A stretch of 63,369 bases of DNA, counting the filler, from Octopus bimaculoides (taxonomy: Eukaryota), in NCBI RefSeq assembly GCF_001194135.2. It is 5 parts of 4 records of this genome, joined end to end, with 100 filler letters (N's around TTAATTAATTAA, not from the genome) between each part and the next. Parts side by side here need not be neighbours in the genome. Positions count along the whole stretch, not along the records: positions 1 to 15,126 come from NC_068991.1; positions 15,227 to 29,929 come from NC_068983.1; 3 more parts are not named here. The stretch is one strand, 5' to 3'. The notes beneath the pieces are model-generated. The model did no database searches. It was not told where the DNA came from and saw only the letters and a program-made list of their open reading frames with translations. A program made the position numbers and the translations under genes. How positions within the stretch are numbered: position 1 is the first letter of the stretch; every line of letters starts with the position of its first letter. Below, one piece after another: positions 13,990-26,414 of this stretch.

Positions 13990-14629
13990 GGCATTGCTTC
14001 AGGTAGATCCAGCTGGTTTCCTTGAACTTTCTTCACACAAATGAGTGTTGGCTTCATCACTTTGAGATAGAAACCAAGAGACAATCTATGCTCCAAACAA
14101 GGCCATGGTCGTTTACTCTGCGGGGAAGATGATGGCCTCAGGTTCGGGATGCAAAAGGTGTTGTGTTTATTGACTATCTTCAAAAGGGCTACACCATCAT
14201 TGAAAAGTACCATGCCAACTTGCTGAGGCAGTTACGAAAGGCTATCAAGGCGAAATGCTCAGGAAAACTGACGAAAGGGGTCGTTTCATGAGGACAATGC
14301 TCCAGTACACACAAGTCCTTGGTTTCAACGGCTGCTGTGCGTGACTGTGGCTTTGAACTAGTTGACCACCATCGCTATTTTTCTGATTTGGATCTATGTA
14401 ACTATCATCTGTTCCCCAGCATGATAAAACACTTGACTGGGAACCAGTGTCGTTGTGATGATGACGTCATATATACTGTTGATGACTTTTGGGACCAACA
14501 GGATAAAAACTTCTTCACTAATGGAATACAAGTACTGCACTACCGATGAAACAAGTATGTGGACCTCATTTGGTCACATTCCATGGGAACATCTTGGTCA
14601 GCCTATGAACTTTTCAGCCGATCCTCGTA
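13990..14629 (+). mobile_element. Mariner transposase pseudogene (second subfamily) with 3' TIR
   Basis: ECWLHHFEIETKRQSM, SAGKMMAS, DYLQKG, HEDNAPVH and a degenerate HPPYSPDL region. Ends ...cagccgatcctcgta. Confidence 0.88.
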
Positions 14630-15170
14630 GTTGTCTCTTTTTTGATAATATAGAAATTTATTTTAGACTGTATTGTAAATGTCATGTAAAATCTATATAG
14701 CTGCTATATCGTAGACACAATCTGTGATCTCAGTTTGACGAAAGTATATCCGGCGGAGACTTACTGGAGCGTTATTTGCTTCTTACGGTTACGAAATGTT
14801 ATTTAAAATGAATCAAAGATTTCTCGTTGTGGAAACCAATTAAACAAAAGATTATCGACAACTGAAGAAATGATCTATAATTTTATTGTAACCATGAATT
14901 CCTTTCAACTTTAAAACTGATCCAGATAGTTTAAAAGGGCAATATGAATATCGTAAGGTTCATGATTTGAATATTAATGACATCATAAATTAATACCTGC
15001 GTGCAAAGTGTACGGAGAGCAGCCGATGTAGAATAGTGCAAAGTTGGACAATTTAAGATATTATGTATTGAACTCGTTATTTACACAGTTGGTGACGTCC
15101 TGCACCCATATGTATATGTATATATANNNNNNNNNNNNNNNNNNNNNNNNNNNNNNNNNNNNNNNNNNNN

Positions 15171-15182
15171 TTAATTAATTAA
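15171..15182. other. Assembly spacer N44-TTAATTAATTAA-N44 (also 29974-29985, 46620-46631, 61606-61617)
   Basis: Four identical 100-bp blocks, each with a 12-mer giving stops in all six frames. Confidence 0.95.
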
Positions 15183-15357
15183 NNNNNNNNNNNNNNNNNN
15201 NNNNNNNNNNNNNNNNNNNNNNNNNNTATATATAGCCAGAACCTGAAGACCTTAAGGAAAAACTACGAGAGAGAGAGAGAGAGAGAGGATGGAGGGGTAG
15301 ACAGAGGCATGGCGGGAGAAAAGATCATCATCATCATCATCATATATATATATATAT

Positions 15358-15390
<33 letters not shown>

Positions 15391-15392
<2 letters not shown>

Positions 15393-17410
15393 AATTACTG
15401 GCCAATATCCTGTTTGCCACTTATGTGGAAGTTATTGACTGGAATACTCACAGAGTCAATGTATGAACATCAGGAAAAAAATGGAGTCCTGCCACATGAG
15501 CAGAAGGGTTGCAAGCGTAAGTGCAGAGGTGCCAAGGATCAACTCCTGATAGACAAAACTGTAGAGACTGCAAGAAGAGGAAAAGTAAACTTAGCCATGT
15601 CATGGATCAACTATCATGGATCCCACATTCTTGGATTATGAACCTATTTGGTATTGCATTGAACGTTGAGCGATTGCTTGGAAAAAGTATGGTGAATTGG
15701 AGAACGGACCTGACAGCATATGGAAGAAGTTTAGGGATAGTAGAAATTAGGAGGGGCATCTTCCAAGGGGACTGCCTGTTCCCACTGATCTTTGTACTGT
15801 GCCTGATACCACTAACACTGATTCTGAGGAAAGCAAAAGCTGGGTATATTTTCAAAAGCCGCCAGCAAAAAGTCAACCATTTGTTATTCATGGATGACCT
15901 CAAATTTTATGATAAAGATGAAGCCCAAGTCAGTTCCCTCGTTGATATAGTGTATACCTTCAGTGCTGATATCAGAATGGAGTTTGGACTGAGAAAGTGT
16001 GGTGGGTTAGTATTGAAGAGAGACAAAATCAAATGTATAGATGTGCTAACAATACCATTGGGGGAGGTTATGAAGCAGATAGAAGAGACGGGCTACAAGT
16101 ACTTGGAGATTGTGGAAATGGAGAGATTGATGGAGAATGAAATGACAGAAAAATTTAAGGTGGAGCACTTATGCAGACTGAGACTGATCCTTAAGTCGAA
16201 ATTAAATGGATGGAATAAGATCGAAGCTATCAACACCTGGGCGGTTTCACTCCTTAGATATGGAGCAGGGGTAATCGTATAGACAGTAGATGAACTAAAC
16301 AGCTTAGACAGAAAGTTGCTAACTAGACATGGGTCACTCCACCCAAAAAGTGACACAGACAGACTGTATGTACCAAGAAAAAGAGGGGGAAGAGGACTTA
16401 TTGGATGCAAACACAGCATTAGAGCAGAAGAAAATAACATAGCATAGTATGTAAAAAAAATGTCATAGAACCACTATTATTAGAAGTAAGAAGGTCAGGC
16501 TTGTGTAGGATGAAAGATTGCAAAGATAAAGCACTGTACAAGAAATTGAAAACGAATGAAACAGAAAATAGGTGGGTAAAGAAAAGAATGCATGGTCAAT
16601 TTCATAGGGATGTTGAAGATAAGACAGACAAAGAAAAAAGATGGCTGTGGATGACTAAAAGTGATTTAAAACTGGAAACAGAGGCTCTAATCTGTGCTGC
16701 CCAAGAGCAAGCACTAAGATCAAACTACATAAAATACAGAATAGACAACATAGCAGAAAGTGATAAGTGCAGAATCTGTGGACAAAACGGTGAAACTGTA
16801 TGGCATATTACCAGCCAATGTGTGCCACTAGCCCAGAAGGAATATAAGAGATGCCACAACAATATAGCCAGGCTTGTCCATTGGACACTCAGCAATAAGT
16901 ATGGACTTGACAGAGCAAAAAATTGGTACAACCACAAACCTGAAGGCATCATCGAAAATAGAAATGCAAAGATCCTATGGGATTTTATGATTCAGTGTGA
17001 CCATGAGATAGAGAATAGGAAACCGGACATAGTCTTAATTGAGAAAGAAAACAAACTATGATGAATAATAGATATAGTATACCCAGCTGACAACAAGGTA
17101 TGCAATAAGGAAGAAAGAAAAGTCAAAAGATTTGACAGGTTAGCTTGGGAAGTTAAGCAGTTGTGGTCAATGAAAAAGCAGCAGTACCAATAATCGTCAG
17201 AGCCCTGGGAACAGTGAGCAAAAATCTTGAGAAGTACATGGAACAAACAGGGGCTGCAATAAGGATGGAGCACTTGCAGAAAACAGCACTGCTTGGAACC
17301 GCTCGAATACTCTGGAAGGTGCTTGAAAAATAAGAGGTGTTACCTTAGTTCACTGGTAGTGAACAGCTGACACTGCAGTACATCTCCAGCATTAGAAGCT
17401 GTGCAAAAGC
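15391..17410 (+). mobile_element. R4/Dong-clade non-LTR retrotransposon, 5'-truncated, inserted in (TAA)n
   Basis: RT ([32 protein letters not shown]), CCHC (CRICGQNGETVWHITSQC) and REL endonuclease (RKPDIVL). (TAA)n on both sides. Several stops and frameshifts. Confidence 0.95.
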
Positions 17411-17591
17411 AATGATAATAATAATAATAATAATAACATTGAAAAATACCTTAGGAATGAGAACCCAGGTTCGAAATTTCCCCAAGACACCTGATGAATT
17501 CTTGCAGGGTATATCAGCCGAAATGTTGTGTTAACAACAAACAAGATAAGGATAAATATGTACATAATTCCTCATCACTTAAATATAGAAC
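17411..17591 (+). mobile_element. 3' half of the tRNA-head/hammerhead composite element (copy of 60649-60962)
   Basis: aacattgaaaaataccttaggaatgagaacccaggttcgaaatttccccaagacacCTGATGA... is shared with 60818-60940. Ends with the reverse complement of the 60649 terminus. Confidence 0.75.
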
Positions 17592-17705
17592 TAAATATTT
17601 CAGGTTTGAAAGTACTCTTCAGTTTTTCTATTTTTGGTTTTATTCATTTTTTTTTTTTTTCAAAATCTATAACCGTTCTCCAACAGAAGCCATCCATAGA
17701 TATAT

Positions 17706-18690
17706 GGGATCTTTCTGATTTAGTGGACACCATTCGTTTTCTAACAAAACACCTCCAAACTTTGGACACTGGTAGAATGTGTCATATAAAACATCTTTTT
17801 CTCTTAGCCTTGTTAAGAAAAGTTTCTATATTCCAAGTTATTTCATGTTAAAAGTTGTCATATTTCAGTAATTTCATCCAATCACTGACGTCTATTCAGT
17901 TGAATACAGTTACTGCTGTTCTTTGTCAACAATAATTTGTGGCGGTGTATATATCGTTACTCCCTGTTAATTATGACATATTTCATCTGCTTTTTTGGTT
18001 TGTTTTCTTTTAAAGCAGACAAAATTAAAGAAAAATGGTAATTTATACGTCTAGCTGCCATCACAATAAATAGGAAAGCTTTATACACAAAACGCATATA
18101 TTGTTCAAATAATAAATTACGCTGTGTGTATCTATGTTTGTATTTATGTATGTTTGAAGATAATCTCGTTTCAAACCACTCGGTGAAAACTTGTTCAAAA
18201 ATTTCTCGGTAATTTTCTATGTAGTGTACTCAGTAACACATTTTCTAAATGATGGTAGGGTTTGATTTGAGGAAGATTTGGCTGCTATTTCTAGGAAATG
18301 AAGCAACTGTTTGGAAGCTCTTTCTTTCAACTATTTTGTTGGCTTGATTCCCTGGTAATTTTTCAGATTAACACCCGCACAATCTTCACTAGGGTGTTAG
18401 GGTCAGGGTTAGGGTTTTAGGGTTAGGGTTAGGGTAAGTGTTTAGGGTTACGGTTAGGGATGGAATTCCCTAATCCAAACCCTAAAACCCTAACACCCTA
18501 ACCCTAACCCTAACACCCTAGTGAAGATCGTGCGGGTGTTCATAAGAGAATTAAAATTATAATTACCAAAACAGTAGTAACTGTATTCAGCTGAATAGAC
18601 GTCAGTGATTGGTTGAAATTACCGAAATACGACAATTTTTAACATAAAATAACTTCGAATATAAAAATTTTTCTGTTCTATAATGACAAA
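17706..18690. mobile_element. Fold-back element, unit 1, with TTAGGG/CCCTAA palindromic core (18370-18540)
   Basis: Starts GGGATCTTTCTGATT. Arms share ccaatcactgacgtc. Inner palindrome aacacccgcacaatcttcactaggg / ccctagtgaagatcgtgcgggtgtt. Confidence 0.75.
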
Positions 18691-18694
18691 ATAT

Positions 18695-19587
18695 GGATCT
18701 TTCTGATTTGGTGGGCGCCACTTTTTATTTATGTTTTATTTAGTGTGTTTTCTACTGAAACACTTTAAAACTTTGTATACTTGTATATTTTGTCTCATAG
18801 AACAGAGAAAAATTTTCATATTCGAAGTTATTTTGTGTTAAGAGTTGTCGTATTTCGGTAATTTGAACCAATCACTGACGTCTATTGAGGTGAAAACAAT
18901 TACTGCTGTGGAATGTAAACAACACGCTCTAGCGGTGTAATGGGATCTTTCCCCTTGAATAAAATTAGTGCCGTTGTTTGTCAACAACTATCGGCGGTAC
19001 TGTTATTTATGACATCATTCGTGCGTTTGTACTGGTTTTAGCTTTAGGGTCTTAAGGTTAGGGTTCAGGTTAGAGTTTTAGGGTTAGAGTTAGGGTTAGG
19101 GTCAGGGTTATGTGTAGTTTTGCCAAACCCTAACCCTAACTTTAAAACCCGAACCCTTAACCCTAAAGCTAAAACCAGTACAAACGCACGAACAATGTCA
19201 TAAATAACAGTACCGCTGATAGTTGTTGTTGACAAACAACGGCACTAATTTTATTCAAGGGAAAAAATCCCATTACACAGCTAGAACGTGTTGCTTACAT
19301 TCCACAGCAGTAATTGTTTTCACCTCAATTGACGTCAGTGATTGGTTGAAATTACCGAAATACGACAATTTTAACACGAAATAACTTTAAAAAGATAAAA
19401 TTTTCTCAATAACACTAAGAGTAAAAGATGTTTCCTATGACACAACACGAAATAATTTTAAAAAGATAAAATTTCTTAATAACACTAAGAATAAAAGATG
19501 TTTTATATGACACATTCTACCAGTGTCCCAAGTTTGAAAGTGTTTCGTTAAGAAAACAAGTGGCGCCCGCCAAATCAGAAAGATCCC
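18695..19587. mobile_element. Fold-back element, unit 2 (about 890 bp), long inverted arms and telomere-motif core
   Basis: GGATCTTTCTGATTTGGTGGGCGCCA ... TGGCGCCCGCCAAATCAGAAAGATCCC termini. Near-perfect arms 18825-19045 and 19165-19390. Confidence 0.9.
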
Positions 19588-22500
19588 AAAATGAAAGAGA
19601 GAGAGAGAGAGAGAGAGATGGGAACGAGAGGGGTTGTTGTTTACTATACTCTTCTCTTGTTGCTGACAGAACTGATATAGCTCATGTTATAGCTATGAAG
19701 AAGACTGAAAAAGGAAAACAAACAACAATTATTAAACCTTCGATAGCTGAGACAGTTGACACCTCTTACAAACTTTTTTTGCAATTAGGCAGTTAAAGAA
19801 GGAGGATTTTGTACCAAAATATCCAGCTTTCAACACAACATTATTAATAATGTTGTGTGGAAGGTAAAGAAAGCCGAGGTATTTTGTCTGCAATTCAACC
19901 ATTTCTGAGTTAACTATATTCTACTGATGAGGTCTAATACATTTTAACATGCCTATAGTTGTACCTTGCCTGCAAACAAAATCCAGACTTTTCTCAAAAT
20001 ATGTAAATTTACATAGAGATTATTTTAAGGTTTGAAATTACCTCTCTTTCTTTTCAGTTGCTGAGACATGCTGTTAGATTTTTGTATTCTTTCTCCAACT
20101 ACAAAGGACATCTTAGTTAAATAAAAAAAAAAATTTTTTCTTATGGTATCTACTCCACCAGCGCCCATTTATTTTCCTTTGATCATTTTATTTTTTGAAA
20201 CATTTTGACTGAGATACAGTTAAGTACTTATCAGTGACTAAATTGTTGTTATGGTGAAATACTTTGACACTTAATGATATAAACTATTACCACAAAATAT
20301 GCACAAAACAAGTGACAATAACAGCCTCTATGTTTTAAATAGATATTGTGTGACCTATCATAAGATTGATATATATATTCTCTGATCAAGATACTTGCTA
20401 AACAGACGAGGAATGAAACGAATAATGCATATGCCTCACTGCACTCACACATATACAATCTCTAAAGGCACACACACACACACTTCAAAGGGAGAATTTA
20501 AATAATTAAAAGCCAAAAAGTACATGATACATACATACAAACATCCTTCCAGAAATACGTCTGAACGTACGAACATACATACAAATAAAGAAAAACGTTG
20601 GCAATAGTAAATATCTATTTCAGATACTGCAAGAAGCTTACAAATAAGTCTCGCAAATTATATCATATGATATCATATCAAAATTTAATATTCAATTTCC
20701 TTTTTGTTTTGTTATCCTGCTTTAAGAAGGCTTTACTTTCACTGATATTGAAAAGGTGAAAACAAGCAATGTTAATTCTCTAAATGAAGTATTAACAGTA
20801 ACTGCACGATAAAGTGTCCTGGCAAACAGGACACAGTCGTGTGTCGATAAGCCAGCTGGAGGAGATGTCCTCCTGGGGCTAAAAGCAACAGTAACATCCA
20901 CCCCTAGGGGTCAGCCACACTTAAGTGGCAATATACTACACTATATATATATATATACATACNNNNNNNNNNNNNNNNNNNNNNNNNNNNNNNNNNNNNN
21001 NNNNNNNNNNNNNNNNNNNNNNNNNNNNNNNNNNNNNNNNNNNNNNNNNNNNNNNNNNNNNNNNNNNNNNNNNNNNNNNNACTTTCACTGATATTGAAAA
21101 GGTGAAAACAAGCAATGTTAATTCTCTAAATGAAGTATTAACAGTAACTGCACGATAAAGTGTCCTGGCAAACAGGACACAGTCGTGTGTCGATAAGCCA
21201 GCTGGAGGAGATGTCCTCCTGGGGCTAAAAGCAACAGTAACATCCACCCCTAGGGGTCAGCCACACTTAAGTGGCAATATACTACACTATATATATATAT
21301 ATACATACATATGTATATACACACATACATTCAAATACATACATGTGTGTGAATGCGTTTAAATTATTGAGCCACAATAACAACTATTATTACTAACTGC
21401 CAGTATTTATACTTCACTATCGCAGATATAACAATCATGGTTAGTTCTACAAAATCTAGATGTTATTTGAATGAAAGGTTTGAGTTATTGCTGAAATGTA
21501 ATTGTTTCAAAAAATCCTTTGAATGGTGTTTTAATGGTTTTGCAGCCTGTTCAATCATCCACATTGAGATGTTGATCTCTTGGCTCTTGTGCAGGGTGTT
21601 TAGTTTCACTGCTGTTTTGTTTATATGCTGTCATTTTCAATTTTAACTTTCACGCAGTTCATAATGTGCATTATCACAGTAGCTTTATCTACTTTTCTGA
21701 GAGAAATACTTTGGAAAAAATTTCAGAATATCTTTTTATGATCAAAGGATAGATTATTATCCCCTTAAGAACAAAGAATCAAACAATATAAACCATACTT
21801 TTATATATATCATTCCTATATTTCTCACACATGCATGGAACATTTGTTAAAACTGATAAATCTTGCTTTGTTAATGTTACCAAAATATCTAGGTATCAAT
21901 TTAAAACTTGTGACTGAATTTCAATGACAAGCCTACAGGTTCTAGAGTGGCTGTTATTTCTATCTTGAAAATAATAATAAAAATAGAAAGAATTAATGAA
22001 TTCTCATCTCTGTCACATTGTTAAATAATTATGCATGCCTAGATTATTTCTGGACTGGATATAAGTAATTCTTTGTTAGCGTCTGTTGGCCAAAGATCAA
22101 TAAACTATTCCACATTCAGAATGCTACACTCTATCTTGTATTGAACATGCATAGTTGTGAAACTTTCACATATTTCTGCTTAAAACATCTATCAGTAATA
22201 TAAACAAATCTTACATGACACTATTTCGAAATTCCTTCATATTAAGTTGCTTCTAATGTAATACACTTTTGTTCTCTAATCATAAATTCTTCACAATACT
22301 GAAGGATTGCATTCCTAAAAACTCTGCAGTAAAGTAGCATTCCTTAATGCAAAATCTATTTTCCCATTGATTTCCATGTTATAAATTAAGATGTATTCCT
22401 ATAGAATTTTTTTAGAAAAATTGGAATATGACCACTTTTTTACACATACACACACACAAAAGCTGTTTTTAAACTTATTCAGGATTAGATAACAATAAAC

Positions 22501-22921
22501 TTTTAGTACTCGAATGATCCTTGTTTTTGTTAGCACATTATATCTAGTCTACCCATTGATCCATACACTAAAGAATTGTTCTGTATCAAGCAATATATCA
22601 GGTCTAAGTAAGTGTCTGGGCAGTAATGGACTAACCTTTTTAAATCATTATGTTTAATGTCCAACATAATCTCTTTACAACTCCTTTTCAAAGTATGACT
22701 TTCACTTCCACTGATGGCTTCTTTCCAGTCATCTTGAATAGGGATAATGCACTATGCTGTATGTACTGCATATTTTTAAAAGTTAAGTCCAACAGCTATA
22801 GTGGTAAACAAGAAATTTATGCTGCTGCAGTGATAGTGGAGAAAATCTCACAGAAACAATTATAAGGAGGTAATCCACACAAAATATATTTTATGCCTAA
22901 AAAAGAATTTTATGTATTTTC

Positions 22922-22970
<49 letters not shown>

Positions 22971-23299
22971 TATATGAAAATACATAAAATTCTTTTATAT
23001 ATATCTATATATATGTAGTGAAACTACCTATCGCCATTATATACAAACAAACCATCTTCCCCACTGTTATAAATATATTCAAGTCCGGGCGTAGTAGAGA
23101 GCAGCCTACTGTATCCATCACGTGACTGATTATTATTTGAAGCAGCAACTGCCTCGTACCGTTCCCGCCAGAACGCAAATCGACCAATCGCAGCCCCTAA
23201 TAAGGTCACGTAAGAGTGTTCTGCTAATGNNNNNNNNNNATATATATACATATATATATATATTATATGAAAATACATAAAATTCTTTTATATATATCT

Positions 23300-23900
23300 A
23301 TATATATGTAGTGAAACTACCTATCGCCATTATATACAAACAAACCATCTTCCCCACTGTTATAAATATATTCAAGTCCGGGCGTAGTAGAGAGCAGCCT
23401 ACTGTATCCATCACGTGACTGATTATTATTTGAAGCAGCAACTGCCTCGTACCGTTCCCGCCAGAACGCAAATCGACCAATCGCAGCCCCTAATAAGGTC
23501 ACGTAAGAGTGTTCTGCTAATGCTTTCCTGGAGCCCCTATTTTCTTATAAATAGCCTAAATTATCCCCGCCAAATCGTTGCGCCCCAGATCGCCTAGATC
23601 TGGCCGTCGGCCACACACGCGTAACACAGCAGCAACCAGTTTCCAGCGACGACATCAACACCAACAGCTAACCAAACTACAAGCATCGCCACCGACGTCG
23701 CCAGCAGCAACACGACACTACGACTACCAGCATCGTCCTCGCCAGCGTCAACATGACTCTACACGTACACAAGCTACCAACAGCTAACCAAACTACCGCA
23801 GAACTTCTCTCTTCGATTCTGTTTGTGTGATTCATCTTCACCATGATAAATAATAGACTAGAGCCCAGCCTGCGAAGAAAAGCTGTACTCAAGAACCCAG
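23300..23900 (+). promoter_or_regulatory. CpG-rich promoter-like island, possibly bidirectional
   Basis: TCACGTGAC (23411), CCAAT (23477), GGTCACGT (23497) and TATAAATA (23546), then a C/A-rich leader and ATG at 23843. The minus strand has ATGGCGATAG|gtagtt at 23330-23315. Confidence 0.45.
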
Positions 23901-24127
23901 CTTGGCATGGAAGCCCTAACATCACAACTAGCGATCGCTCTGCCCCACACGCCTTAAATTCTTGCATACAGACACTTACCACTGTGTACTCTAAGAACTG
24001 GTATATTAAATCCTTATACGTGTTACTGACTCTATTTCAATACTGTGTATCTCTCGTACCCACATACATGTATCACTTACACACTCTTTTCTTTACATGA
24101 TGGCCTGTCTTTTATTGNNNNNNNNNN

Positions 24128-24447
24128 CAGTGGCTAGAGTGTCGAGCTTACGATCATGAGGTTGTGAGTTTGAATCCCGGACTGGGCTGCGTGTTGTGTT
24201 CTTGAGCAAGACACTTTATTTCACATTGCTCCAGTTCACTCAGCTGTAGAAATGAGTTGCGATGTCACAGGTGCCAAGCAGTATCGGCTTTTCTCTTTCC
24301 CTTGGATAACACTGGTGGTGTGGAGAGGGGAGGCCGGTATGCATGGGCGACTGCTGGTCTTCCATAAACAACCTTGCCCGGACTTGTGCCTGGGAGGATA
24401 ACTTTCTAGGTCCAATCCTATGGTCAGTCATGACCAAAGGAGGTCTC
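24128..24447 (+). mobile_element. tRNA-derived SINE, family D (Meta-domain-like core)
   Basis: A box cagtggctagag, B box gagtttgaatccc, core tgttcttgagcaagacacttt...ctccagttcactcagctgtagaaatg. Second copy at 31453. Confidence 0.8.
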
Positions 24448-24479
24448 AGCAGGCATGCCAAAAACTGACATATTTTCAA

Positions 24480-25213
24480 GTAGACAGTAGTTGAAGTGGA
24501 TCCATGTAAAGTATGAGGGACTTTATCTCAGAAGCTTAATAGACCTTGGTCCACTGTACAAGATCATCTCAAACAGACTGGGAATGGGGAGACTTCTTGA
24601 GTTGTCCACTAAGAATATAGTATTAAATTCAATAATTTGCTCATCAAAATTGAACTGAAAATTCAGTTCCAACATTCAAACAAAATATACACTCAAAGAA
24701 GATTTTGCTGTTTCATGGAATATAATTGATATTGATATTGTTCCCTTTGAATTATTGGAACAAGGGAAAAGTATCACCACAAAACTTTATAGTCAACCAC
24801 TTGAACATATCAATCAAATTTTGCTGCAAAAACAACCAGCTTCAGTCAATAGAAAGGAAGTCATCTTGCGACATAATAATGCCTGATCACATTCAGCAAA
24901 GATAAGCCAAGGACTCGGAATCTCTATCTCCCACTCCCTGCTCACCAGACTTAGTACCATCAGATTTTCCTTTATTCAGGGAAAAAAAAACATTCGGAAT
25001 TAGGGACAATATTGAAACAGCACTGCACACATTTTTCTCTTCTAATGAACCTGATTATTTTTGCTCAAATAATCAGGAAACTAGTTTTGAGGTAGGAAAA
25101 TGTTATTGTTAATAGTAACAATTATATTTTGAATGAATAAATATTTTTATGATATGTTTTATGCTGATTTGAACTCATTACAAGAAATGTGACATTATTT
25201 TCAGTACCCTTAA
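24480..25213 (+). mobile_element. Degraded mariner transposase (third copy) with 3' TIR remnant
   Basis: FELLEQGKSITTKLYSQPLE, VNRKEVILRHNNA and a PSDF region. Ends ...ttttcagtaccctaata. Confidence 0.72.
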
Positions 25214-25508
25214 TATATATATATACAATTATATAAATAGCTCCATAAACATTCAAATGCTCATAGAGAGTATCTTTTGTTTTTTCTTCTTTCAGTCATT
25301 GGTGCTAGGGTACCACCTTGAAGGGTTTAATTGAACAAATCAACTCCAATACTTTTTTAAAGTCTGGCACTTACTCTATTGGTCTCTTTTGCCAAACTGC
25401 AAAGAGATGTAAAGAAACCAACACTGGTTGTTAAGTAGTGGTGGGAGACAAACACAAACACCCACCACCCACCCACCCACATCACATATTATATATAATC
25501 ATAATTAC

Positions 25509-25788
25509 AATGAGAGTTAATCTAAATGAAATACAGTTTGGTTTTGTGTCATGGAGAACCACTACTGATGCCCTCTTCATAGATCAGCAACTGCAAGAGA
25601 AACATTTAGCAAAAAGCAAACCACTGTACTTAGCATTTATCAACCTAGAGAAAGCCTTTGACAGGTTGCCTCACTCACTCTTTTGGTGGTTGCTGCAGAA
25701 GCTAAGAGTAGATAAATGGCTAGTGAGAGCTGTTTGAACCATGTTCAGAGATGCTGTTAGCAAAGTAAGAGTTAACAATGAGTACAGC
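25509..25788 (+). mobile_element. RTE-clade LINE RT fragment
   Basis: EIQFGFVSWRTTTDALF...QEKHLAKSKPLYLAFINLEKAFDRLP...VSKVRVNNEYS. Confidence 0.9.
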
Positions 25789-25789
25789 A

Positions 25790-26200
25790 CCGATGGCAAC
25801 AATAACACCTCCAAGCCTGGAGCGAACCAAAGACACACCAATAATGTGAACATGACCAATACCCAAGCCTGGAAATACATCAGGTCAGCCGGGGCAGCCT
25901 TCAAGCACGCCTGTACAACCACAGGTCCTTGTTCAGGATTCTAGAAAGATGATTCCTTACATCCATGGCCAGCCACATGTGGCACCTCACAGATGAAGGG
26001 ACCCCACATGATATCAAGTAAAAGATCCTAGAGCTGCCGGGACCCTACATTAATGGGAGCAAATGCAGCAAGCTTTGTATTGCTGCATGAGCAAGGATGC
26101 TCAAAGATTTCCTGAAGCCTGGACCACTGAATACTAACCAAGAGATTTACATTCCTAGCATCCATTTCAAACGCTATGTGCTGCAAGCATAGGATTCCCC
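25790..26200 (+). mobile_element. Penelope-like element GIY-YIG endonuclease remnant
   Basis: WKYIRSAGAAFK...HMWHLTDEG...DIK*KILELPGPYINGSKCSKLC aligns with PLE EN C-termini and with 51420-51780. Confidence 0.72.
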
Positions 26201-26414
26201 ATTCTCCGAGTAGACCTGGAAGGGTCCTTACAATCTAGAAGCAGCCCAAGTGATAAATCCCTATTCCCCCTCTTTCAGCCCAGAAAAAACTGGGCTAAGG
26301 GAGATAACCCACACTCATTGACTCCAAACTTTTTATTCTTTGATGACTACTGACCAAATGACTGTAACAGATTCCTGCCTCTCAGAGGTAAAGAGTTATG
26401 TTTGTCTTCAGTTT

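Noticed and set aside
15127-15226. Conserved TTAATTAATTAA motif recurring four times
   Set aside because: Always centred in exactly 44 N + 12 + 44 N. This is an artificial scaffold spacer, so adjacency across these blocks is also unreliable.
18370-19170. Ancestral telomere-telomere chromosome fusion site
   Set aside because: The repeats are short and degenerate, and occur twice inside elements with shared termini. A mobile fold-back family explains this better.
20737-21306. ~225-bp direct repeat resembling LTRs
   Set aside because: Identical copies sit either side of an N gap. The same artefact occurs at 54398-54915.
22945-23523. ~285-bp tandem duplication of promoter-like sequence
   Set aside because: Identical copies flank a 10-N gap, which indicates unmerged overlapping contig ends.
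23843-24000. Ornithine decarboxylase antizyme ORF1
   Set aside because: Considered because of the short ORF after a promoter, but no UCC-UGA frameshift context or antizyme ORF2 sequence was found in the window.
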